A stretch of DNA of 64,000 bases from Tubiluchus corallicola (lineage: Eukaryota; Animalia; Priapulida): positions 620,001-684,000 of the forward strand of contig JAQGDQ010000006.1 of NCBI GenBank assembly GCA_030141605.1. Reading direction: 5' to 3'. Below are positions 38,901 to 50,900 of this stretch, piece after piece. The translations under genes were made by a program, and so were the position numbers. The notes below the pieces were generated by a model that had not been told where the DNA came from, made no database searches, and saw only the letters and a list, made by a program, of their open reading frames with translations. Position 1 is the first letter of the stretch. Every line of letters begins with the position of its first letter.

Positions 38901-41900
38901 TTTCCTTGTTTCCAGGAGTATCAATTGTGCAGAAGCCTAAAGGTTTTTTGTTACCCCCACATGGGAGAGATTTACACTCGAGTATTTTAACGCTTGTAAA
39001 TTAATCTTAGCTTTTTTCTTATTGCAGAAGCTGATTTCGTGTTCGACAGCAGAACTAACAGAGTAATGGCACAGTCATTACCTCATGAAGGAATAAAGGA
39101 AAAGGTATCACATTCTACCGTATAAAGCTGCTAGATTTTGTACCTATAAATTCACTGAATTTGGGATTTGGAAGAACGGGATTTGGGACCTCATAGATTG
39201 CAAGAACAGTAAATGCTGATGTAGTATGCGGCAAAAATATGATGAATGCCTGTGTGCTTACGACATTTTGTAAAACTTGAGCTTTTAAAGACGTACTTGT
39301 GTTCCCAAAGTTTTTTTCCTAAAATGTTCTCGTATTAAAAACTAATGCTTACAATAACAACTAGTGCTTACAGTTAAAGAATCATATTTATTGTCCTTTA
39401 ATGTAAAAAGAACACACACTTTGTAATTAAATTAGTTGAATCGAACTGCTATGAGTTCGTATGGACTTCGGCTTTTTAGTTATCCAGTTATGTAGCCGTA
39501 ATAGGGCACCTTGGTAGAGTTAAGAGGCATTTACATGGCGTTATGCAAATTATGCTTCTTGCCCAATGAATAAGAAATAGATTCTTGATTGCAAACTTTT
39601 AGTATTTAAGTAACTTATGCCTAGAAATAAAGCTGATTATTATGAAATGGATTTAGTTGTTGCATATGCTTAAGCATCACATTTAATACACACTTTTTAA
39701 AATTTAAACTAAATTTTAATACAGTGTTGTCGACAAATCAAGACTGTCACTGCTGAAGGTTACTTGAAGCGAGGTTTTGTCCTGTTCTATGTTTGTTAAA
39801 CTAGTAGTCAGGGTGCACACCCAGCTGATAACCATCATTTGCTTAGTTGTGCTTTGAATTGTTCAATATTTTGCAACCAATAGATCCAGTGCTAATATTT
39901 GTTTATGCAAGTTGAACTTGCAACAGAGTATTTGATAACACTGTTACGTGTACTCCTGAGTGGTGTTCAGTGACAACCTGTCCCGTAGTAATCTAACCTT
40001 GAAGAATGCTGACGTTGATGAGTTTAAAGACTTGTCCGTGAACTGTTTAGAGTTAATTATGCCCTTGTGTATTAAATAGTTCAGTAGTTTCTACGGAAAT
40101 AAAGACAAAGTTCTGCTACACTATATTTAGGTTCATGTTTAGTTTTGTCTGTAGAAATCAAATTCTTGACACACTGTGTTTGTGCCCACCACTTTAAAAT
40201 CACAGGAGCAGTCGTTCAAAGACAGCAGTGTATTCAGATTGAAAGCAAACTTTCTAGCACAAAGCTTATGATGTAACCAAGCTGCAGTTGGTTTTTTTCC
40301 GTTTAAATTGTTTTGGGGACGATCAACAAAAGCGTAATAAGTGTAATAACAATTCGAACGCTGAAATGTAGCTGCTTTGCTGTCTACCCAAGAAATATGC
40401 TGTGACAACTGCTGCAGTTAAAGCCATTATGCTGGACCGAGCTTGTTTGGAACTCCTATTTTTCCTCCTTGAAAGATGAATATTTTACTAATTTTAGCAA
40501 CATGTTTCTGATTTATGAAAGGCAGCTTCACATACTTGCAATTTACTTTTGTGAAATAACTAAGAATCTGTTCCACCAATACAGCTGAAAATACTAATGG
40601 TTATTAACGAAATGCCTTATTAATCAGTTTTAATAAATGTTATGTGTACTGCAAAATATACGAGATTTTATTCGAGTGTAATTCACTTATATGCTGCGAA
40701 TTATTATATAATAAACTCGCTGTTATACTACTACGTATAGGTAGGCTGATAAGTAAAAATTTTAGAACCACCATATTTTATTAATCATAGTCGAATGTTG
40801 TAAGGACTATTTTTAAAACTTAGTCACTTGCAGCTAAAATGTATTTAAAAGTGTACCAGTGACTATTTGCTTTTTATTTCTGATTTTAGATTCAAGCAGT
40901 ACGAGATTTAGTCCCAAATCCTGGCAGCAATAATGACATAGTTCTTGTTCTTCAATATTATGATTACAGTATTGAAGCTGCCATAAGTGCCTATTTAGAA
41001 AATGGTGCTGCTGAAGCTCGCAAAGAGTGGAACATCAGTGGTAAACAAAAAAAGGTATTCGTGTAGCTTTAATATATTATATTAACTACTATACACTATT
41101 ATCCCATTATATTAGATAACTGGTTATGGTAATGTAAGGTTGTATTCTAAGAGACTATTTGATGTCACACTTGATAAACTTCATTTTTTCGTTATGTTGA
41201 TTTTCGCAAATTTTGTGTTCACGACATGTTTTTGTGTTGTATATCTTTGAAGAAGGGTAACGCACCTGATAACCTAGTTAATAGCTTTGGTATGCAGGCA
41301 TGCTCTTCAATTTTTGGTAAATTTTCATCAGTTAGGGCTTGGTCATGATAAATTCTTTACATTCTGTATTATAGCCGAAGAAGAAAAATAGGAAGCGAAA
41401 ACCTCGTGAAGAAAATGCTCCGTCGGAGATATCTTTCAGCAGTAGCATTCAAGACCTTTCTGGTACATCATTTTGTTATTTATTGTAATATTTTGTTTCA
41501 TTATCTTACATAGCTCACACAGAATTATGTTTTCTTTGTATTGGAGCATAGGTTACCTATTATCACAGCTGGCATACTTTACTTTGCTCACTCTTAAATT
41601 TTTAAATTGGAGCCTAGGTAGAGGGTGCGTCCCAAAATACCCTGTAATATCAATTTAAATCCCATTTTGAACACATCAATGAAACTTTGAGAAAATATTT
41701 ATTAGATCTTAATGAATAAGGACCAGTAGTTCTTAAATAATGAATATTGCCATGGAGATAACTTATTGGTCACTATTAACCTTCAAGTTCGTGAATTATG
41801 TAGGGGGTGCCCTAAAACTGATATTTCCAAAATCAGTTTAAATCATACTTTCGGAACATCAATGAGACTTTGTACAATTATTCTTTGGATTTTACTGAAC

Positions 41901-44900
41901 AAAGATCACTAGTTCTTAAATAGTGAATTTGATGGAAAACCAATTGAAGAATGACCTAAATAGGGAACTGTTTTTGGCATACTTAAAGCATATCTGATAT
42001 ATGTCAACAAAATTTGATGCATTGTTGGATTCAGTCGAGTGAATTTAGTGATGATTTAATCATTTTTCATTTTTGAATTTAGTGATGATTTAACTATTTT
42101 AATATTTGAAATCTCTTCCATAATCGTAACTTATACATTTAATATCATAGGTTAAAAACTTTCATTGATTTACCTCAAATGCACTAGAAATAACTATTGC
42201 CACCCACCTTCTTAAATAGGTTTTGCATCAAATTCATTACTTTTATATGATCACGGCTCTTTATTCAGTAAGATCAAAAAATCATTTTTGCAGTGTTTCA
42301 TTGTTATACTCGAAAAGTGATTTAAATTGATTTTGAGGGAAGCACATTACTTAATTCACAAATTTGAAAACTTAATAAGAGCATTTTCGCAATGTTATTT
42401 AAATTGATTTCGGTCCACTTTTAGAGCACCCTCTACCTAGGGCTCCATTTTAGAATGAATGAAAATTGTTTTGTCCTGTTAAGCAATATCAATGTGAGTG
42501 TGATATTAATGGTGTACAGTGTGTGACTATGTGGATTAATTTTTCAACTTTCTTAAGACATGAATAAACACAATACACTACAGCTACATTGGGGACAAGC
42601 TAAGTCGGTGGTTCCCAACGTTTTGTTAACGGGGACAATTTTCCAGTACCCTGAATCATATAGCGACTCCACAAAGAACACAATCACATGTTATACTATT
42701 AAACATCATTATCATTCGCATTTATTAATTTTAACTTACTATTCAACAAATTATTGAACAATGAGTGATTGTTTCATTAATTCATTAATGTGATGGTTGC
42801 ACCTGTTTCTCAGCGATCAGTAATGCAAAAGCAATAGGTATCCAAGGTAAAATGAACAGCGACACGCTTTTGGGCAGTGTACACTGCATACAAGTGTACA
42901 GCATGGAACAACATGCATTTTCATTTTCCCGGAAAATCAAGCACTGGTATGTCGCATTTAGAGCGGGAAAACCCAATTTCATTTTCCAGAACTAAATGAT
43001 GAAATGGGAAACTGAGAAACTTTTCATGAAAACAGCATTTTTTAAAAATAGTTTGTGGACTAGCTCGCGACCCCACAAAAAATGCTTGGGACCCCAATTG
43101 GGGTCCGGACCTCAAGGCTGGAAACCCATATGAGCTAAATGGATTCCTAAATGGCTAGATTATCAACTAACTATTCACAGATTATACAGTAAAGTGAATA
43201 TGCCTGCTTTTCCGTGTTGGTTCATATCATATTACATGTATTTTCCCAATGCAGGTCTATTGAAGTTACTGTCAGTAAAATAAGAGCTAATTTGTGTTGG
43301 AGCTAATCGATAAATTCTCTAAAATAACCTAATTAAACTGTTATGCAAACCATCTTTGCTAAAATGATCTTAATGAATTCACTAGGTAAAAGTGCCAGTC
43401 ATTCTTTTTCATCCATAGTGGTCTCAATAAGTAGTTGGATTTGTTATCTATTAATTTATTAAATAAAAGAGCACTGTGATATGGATTACAAACATACATC
43501 TAAATGTGAGAATATACTTGGGTGTGTCCCTGAATTGCAAGTTATCTTATCAATTTGTCTTTGCTGTCACATATATGGTTGTTTAAAATAAATAATTACT
43601 ATTTTAGTTTCAGGTATAGCAGATGGTTCTACAATTTCTGATTCTAGCATTGACGTTACTAATCTGGAGGTAACAACAGCGAAAATTGCAGCCAACGAAA
43701 CACCACTCTCAGTCATCGTAAATCATAATGATAGCATTCAACCGTGCGTATATTAATTTGTATTTCAGTGCAAAATTATCTATTCATTTCAAGGTAGAAG
43801 TAAAGAAATACGGTTTAAAAATGTATCTAGTAAGGGAACTTTAAAGTAATTTTGTTTCTGTGAGTTTCGCTTACTTTGTTAAAAGGTGTAGAGGAAAGTA
43901 ATTATTTTTACTCTTATGACATGCATATAAGTACATTACTGATTCTGCTACTCTGTTTGTGAATTATATAATTTTGTCATACGTGTTGTACATTAATGGT
44001 TTATTTTTAATGCAATGTCTCATTAAAACTTTGCATTGTTTTTATCATTTCAATTTTTTTAGTAACAGCTAGCTTGATGACACTGATGGTGCCAGTTCTC
44101 TGATGATTTGTATATGATGCCATTTGTCATTATTTTGTTTTGTTACATTTAGGACCGATGTAGCGAATCTTAATTCTCCAGGTTTATCATCACTTGATGA
44201 AGATCGTTCGGCATTTTCTGCAGCAAAAAGTGTGGATGGTCAATCTCTAGTAATCTCTGAGAATAACTCGACAAGTAGCCATTCTTTTGACCAAATGCCG
44301 TCTGGCGGCACAAAGCCAAAAGTGTTGCAGGCATCACCAGCAAGTTATATTGATGATCAACATGAACATGCAGTTGTTTCAGAGTCTAGTCAGCATAAAC
44401 ATAAGAAAATTGGTATGGTCTTGGAGACTTGTCTTGAATTTGGTTAAATTTTGAAAAGATAAATGAAAAAATTAAATATGAAAGCACTGGTGGGGAACTG
44501 GATTGAGTCTTTAATATTTGGAATATAAATCTTATCACATTCTTGGTCAATTTTGGTAATTTTCAATTAAAACTATAATTATATGCATTTAAATGTACAA
44601 AAGGCAACTGTTTCTTTGGTTTTTAGCAAAACTATCAATGTCCAATCATAGTAGCATTTTATTTGAGAAACTTTTAACATTGCTTTAAATGTTCCTATTA
44701 TGTTGGTGTACTTCCCTAGACAAAAATATTTACAGCATATCTTTACACTAATCTAAATTTGTCTGTAGCAGTTGTATAACAAGATACAAAATTCTTCACA
44801 AAAATTCTGCATTGCTTATTTTCTGTGGAAATCGATTTTTATCTATAAAATTGAAGCTTGCCTGGTATACCAAATTAAATTTAGATTATAGTACATCTTT

Positions 44901-47900
44901 AAATATTACTTTTGATTTCAGGTTTAGAAAAAAGCTTAAAAGATTTGTATAGACAAGTTGTCTCCATATCTAGGCACAAAACATTGCTGTCTGAAGAAAT
45001 GGACCATTCTTACAAGAAAATAAAAGAAGTCTTTGATGTAATTCGAAGCAGGTAGAATATAATATAACAAAAACTCATTATTTTTCAAAATACTTTAAAA
45101 TATTGTTTGTGTGGTCTTGTTTGGTGTAGATATTATTATGTTGTTCTCCTGGGTAAATATATTACGTATCAGGATTACCAGCTTTGACAGATTTGGTGAT
45201 ACCGCATGTCATCACTTAATTACTCCCCATTATACGATGATTTGTCTTAATGATACCAAGCTTTTGTCACTCATTTTTTAATTTAAACAATACTTTGTTT
45301 TTGCGATGTTTTACTTTTCTTAAAAACACTAAAATTTTTTGTTATGTGGCAATTTTTAAATAGCTTCTTGTAATGTAAATATAGTGTGTTAATGTTTTTG
45401 TTTCTTGAAAAGCTCAGGCTAGCTACTGAGCCAGGTGATTACAGCCTATTCTCCTACAAAACTGTACTTGCAGCTCAGTCACCACTCGTCACAGCATTTG
45501 TATTTACACTGTAAAAAATGGCAATGACAACCAACCATAATCTTTTGGAATGAAGCAAAAATAAAGGTTAATAGCACTATAAACTGAATGGGAAGTCTAT
45601 ACCTGAAATTTAAAGTAAAAATTATTACATTGCCTACTGGGGGAAAAAAAGCTCCAAAACTACTTCCTATTTCATACAGCTGGTGCAGTCCCTCTCTTAC
45701 TGCAAATGCTTATGTTTAATAAATGTTTAAAGAAGGCTAATTTTAGGCAATAAAACTCACAATGCCATTGGAACAGTTGGAATTCGGTGTACACCCCATG
45801 CATTTATGTCCTATGGAAACATGGCTTTATCTAATGATGTTTCACTTAAGATCCCATTTTGCTGAAATGAGTGCTGTACTGCTCACGTCAACCAATTAAG
45901 CAAGTACTGCTGCATGTCAACCAAAATTATTTTCTATTCTTGTTCTTAGATTAGATGAACGTGAAGTAGACCTCATAATTGAAATGGACAAGGTGAAAAA
46001 GCAAGCGAGTAAGTTTCCTAGAACTTTAGTGTTGACTCTGTATGTGTAAAACCGCTCCAAATTACTTTGCCATTGCAATTTTGAACCATAATAACTAGAG
46101 TTCAAATAACAAGAAATCACTGTCTGAAGTGTTTGAAAATTGGACACTTTTTGTTGAAAAATATTTGCGGGATTTGCATTTTGCAGTAAATATTAAATCA
46201 TTTATATGTCACTGAGCCAGAAGTTAAATTAATATATGTAATGTGTAAACATTCTTCCAAAACTTATCTTGCTTAGACTAATGTTAGACGTCAAAAAACG
46301 CTTCCTCAAACAAACCATTTTAACTTTAGCTCTAATCATCGTAGGAGTTCAGGCTCCACATATCATGAAAGTTTCTGAATAAAATAAAATTAAATTTCTG
46401 TTGTATTTTTTAATGCACAGCTCTGTTTTAAACAGTGGAATTTGGAGCAATACTTGTTATTTTTCTTTATTAAAAATAGAAAAAACATCATTTAAAACAA
46501 ATTTGAACACTTAACTAGTGATAGAAATCATAATGAATTTTTATTAGCTATGCAGTACTAAAGTTTATTTATAGAAAAAAATAAACACATTTATACCCAA
46601 TAGCTTGATGTCTTATTTTAGTTTTACTATTGTCTATTTATGAGAATTTGGTTTGAAATTTACATTTGTGCTGCACTTTTTCATAATTCTGTGACTATAG
46701 TGGAGCTAATGGATGAAAGACAACAACAGGCTGATGCACTGACAGTGAGAACTCGCAGAATTGATGGCATGTCTGAAGCAAACGTCTTAGAACTGAAAGC
46801 CGACATAAAGGTATGTTTTTTCATGACAACTTACAAATGATATGATTTAGTGACAAGAATTTGTTAAAGTTTATTAGTTGTTTTAATTTACGCTTTTGCT
46901 TCACCAGCCACTGAATGTGTGTGAGTCTAAGCACAGTAGTTAAATTTATGGGCTGACATGCAGCTGCTTGTAATATATTCATTTGTTTGACTTGTCTAGC
47001 CTGTGTATGACTTGTAATGTTTGTCCACATGGTTTTGAAATAAGAGCTCGTTTTTTGCACATGCTGAAAATGTGATAAGAGTCGAACGTAATGAGAATTT
47101 CCCCAAAATTTATAATAAATAAATAAAAAGATGTAGAAAGGGTGATTTTACAATGTAAAAAAATATAAAAAAAAAACTTCGGTTAGACTTTCTATTAAAT
47201 TAAACGAAAGAAAGGTTTACAAATGTGAAAAAGATTGTAGAATGTTAGCACTTCTCGGGTAAACGAAATGTACAAAAATTTCTACAGTGTATGCACTTAC
47301 AATAAAATCAATTTGTATAGAGTTTTTGGTAAATAAATTCAAAACCTGCTAAAATAAAATGTAATATTAATGTACTGATTGTCATATCGACTGTTTTTGT
47401 TGTAATAAAGACAATATTCATCTTACCTTAAACAAAAATCTTATTTGTTTGACATCAGTGTTTTATCAGTGTTTAACATAATAATTTTACAGCCGTTTTA
47501 GCAATTTTCAAGACAGCTGTGAATGTGTACTGTTTTACTTTTATGCACAAACTCAAATTTGCTTTTACCTGTGAATTTGCTGAATTTGAGATAGACATTC
47601 AGAGTTCATTTTAACTATTGAACATGTGTAAATGTCATACATGATATCTCGTACAGTTTCTTTTTATTTAGCATTTTGTTAGTGAGCGTAAGCTGGAGGA
47701 GGAATTATGCAGGACAACAAGATTCATTCGAAATGAAGACCCTCTTATTGAAGCTATCCAGATATTTGGTGAAGGTAAATCATATTTTACGTTGCATGTA
47801 AGAAAAATCTCTGGAGTAAGAGTTACTTCAACTTTTATTAAGAATTAATGTGCACATGTTAGCAAGAATTTTAACATAACTTGTAGTTCAGCGTAGCATG

Positions 47901-50900
47901 TAGATTGCAACAATTTATGGAACAAACTCATTGTTGTATTATGAAAACAAGATTTTATCCTACAAAGCCTTGATGAGTAATTTTTTATTTACTTTTCATA
48001 TGCTGATAATTGTGGTCCATCCTCTTTATTCAGTTAATCAAACTATGGGCATTCCAGCCCCTATGTGAAGATTACTGCTAAGTGCAAAAAGTTGTTTCTC
48101 ATCTAAAGTTCATGCTCAGTAACTGTTATAAAAATGATAGGTTGTTACCAAAAAGGGGCAGATTTAAGAAGCCTCATTACCATAAAGTTTTGATGTGCAC
48201 AGTGAAAAAATATAATTTTGTTTATTCTTGAGTTTGTTTAATTGTTTATCAACGATTTAAAACTTTCCTATTTAGATATGTGGCAGTGCAAATTTTCAGG
48301 ATTTATAGTAAACTGTAGCATTGGAATTTTTTAAAAAGAAATTGTAACATGTTTATTGAATGATATAACATATTTAAAAAAATAGTAGAAAAATGTCTGC
48401 ATATACTGCAATGTAGTATGCCATTAAATTTTCTAGTGATTCCTGCCAAAAATCACTTCACGCAGCGACGTGCTTCTGTGTCAAGCGTTGCTTCAAGTAT
48501 GGTCAGTCACGATGAAATTCCAACACCAGTCACACCTATTTCCCCAATGCCGCCTAGTCATTCGAATGCACCTCCTACTACAAAACCAAGTGCAAAGCAA
48601 AGTACATCGGATTTGGCAGAATTACAGCAACGACTTCATCAAGCTTTAAAGCTGCAGGTAACCTTTTCTAGCTTGCCCATTTAGAATATTTATTCAAATA
48701 ATCAAAAACTGTAGAGTTTTTTTTAGTAAATATTAAAATACAGCATGTATGTAAGAGTCATGCTCTAACTTGTACGTAAATACTTTATTACAATGTTCAA
48801 AGATCAGATAATGGAAGAAATACAGATGCATATACGAATAAGGTTTTAAATTGATGGGTCTTAGTTACTTGCAAAGAACAAATCTTCTAAAGCGGTTTTT
48901 CTGTTTCCACATCACCAGCCCGCCAGAAAGCCTTTTGCTGCTCCGTATCGAAAACATATTGATCACAATGACCTAGTGCACTGCTTTCAGGCACTACAAT
49001 GTATATTGGTAATACAAATATAGAATAATATAATAAATTATCTATACTTTACTAAAGTAAAGTTTATGAAGTTTTGAGGAATGTTGCCTAAAATTAAGCA
49101 AAATAAGGACTACCTAACATTAATAATAAGCAGTCATTTCATCTTACAAAAAGTAAAACTTTCGTATCTCTTTGGAATGAAAAACTTTTCCAGCAGATAT
49201 TTACTCGTGTTTATTTTGTTAATAGGCTTCCAAATTTTTAGTATTGTTAATATGTCTGACTTTCTGTTCCACAAGTTCAGATGTGTAATTTGTACAACTA
49301 AAGCTGAGTTCCTGTTTCTGGTTTCATATCATCATGTTTAGTAGAACCTAACTTGCTATAGTGCAGTATAGGTTTTACAAGTCAAATGTAGACGTACGTT
49401 AAGTCAAATGTAGACTTAGGTAACTCAAATGTGTCTTGGTAACTCAAATGTAGACTTAGGTAGTTCAAATGTGTTAACAATGGTTTTAAACAAATCTTGA
49501 GTGCTTTTGGTAAGTCAAATGTAGACACATGTCAAGTCAAATGTGACATTGGTATCTCAAATGTAGATAGGTTTTAAAGTTTAAGGATGTTAAATTTAAT
49601 CTTCTTTAATTTCAATTTAATAATTGCTCTTAAGTTAAAATAACAACGTTATATGTTCACTAATATTTTGCAAACTTTACATGCCATTGTAACTGTTAGA
49701 GAAAACAATGCATTCTTAAAATAAACAATGTTTCTTGAGAGAAACCAATTCATTAATACAGTGCTGTACTGCATATAATGCATTACTTAAAAAATTAATT
49801 AGTGATTCACTGTTCATTGGGAAGTTGGAACCGATTTACTCTTTTCTGCCGACATTATGGTTTATCAAAGAATTTCGTTTGAGGATAAACAGCGCATTTT
49901 TCAAAGTTATGAAAGAGGTGATGATTACTTACATCTTGCACGGCAACTTGGTATAAAAAAATCAACTGCGTGGGCTATTATTAAGAGAGCACTGGAGGGT
50001 GGAATTGTCAAACCACGTGGCGGCTTCAGAAGAAAGCTCGTCGATGAAGAAATGGGAGACTATGCTGTTAATCTTATAGAGACTCATCCAGAATTTACAC
50101 TAGAGCAAATCATTGCGTCTATGCGCCGAGACATGCCTGAGAAACAACGCATATCCCGTTCAACGTAGCTAATGTGTTAAAAGGGCGTCTGATTGTAATG
50201 AAAAAGTTAGAAGACGCTGTAGCGGATAGAAATAGTGAAAGAGTGAAGCACGAACGCTTTCTTTATGCACACTGGTTGATGGAGAGAGGTTTGCAATGTG
50301 AAATTATATTCATTGACGAAGCGGGCATAAACCTGTGGATGAAGAGGACGAGAGGAAGGGCAATACAGGGTCAAAGAGCCGTGCGAGTTGTGGCTGGTCG
50401 TCGCGGAGGCAATCTTACCATGACTTTTGCAGTTAGCAATACAAACGGCCTGATATATCATTCCTTAACAGAAGGTGGAATGAACAGAGAACGTTTTAAT
50501 GCATTTCTTCAAGACGCAACAGATAACCTGCATGACGATGGTCCGGAAAAATTTTTCGTTTTTGACAATGCACCTGCTCACAGGAGAGCAGCCTTGCCGC
50601 CAGATTTGCGCCTACCAATTCAGATTAAGAGGCTTCCTCCTTATTCTCCCTTTTTAAATATTGTCGAGAACATTTCAGTCTGTGGAAGGCCGAAATGAAG
50701 CGTCTTCTTGCAGATATTAGAGAAAATCTTCTAGTGCAGAATCATGGTCAGAGAATGGCAACATTAGCTCAGTTAGCAGAACAGTCTGTTAATATCATAA
50801 CACCCGCAGATGCAGCCAATTATTTTCGGCATATGCAGCAGTATGTACCACGCTGCTTAACCTACGATGATATTCTGATGTAAATCTTGTTCATATCAAA

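Noticed and set aside
39235-39320. Box C motif ATGATGA suggesting a snoRNA
   Set aside because: No CTGA box D or terminal stem at a suitable distance.
44063-44120. Extra exon or C/D snoRNA in SPATS2 intron 5
   Set aside because: The candidate acceptors give stops or phase mismatches, and the C-like and D-like boxes are only ~25 nt apart.
49381-49566. Regularly spaced repeats resembling a CRISPR array
   Set aside because: The units are ~21 bp with no unique spacers, are mirrored at the other transposon end, and there are no cas genes in this eukaryotic context.
50155-50180. Programmed -1 frameshift as in bacterial IS630
   Set aside because: There is no slippery run at the junction (tcaacgtagct), and a second frameshift lies downstream. 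Simple 1-bp deletions or sequencing errors are more parsimonious.
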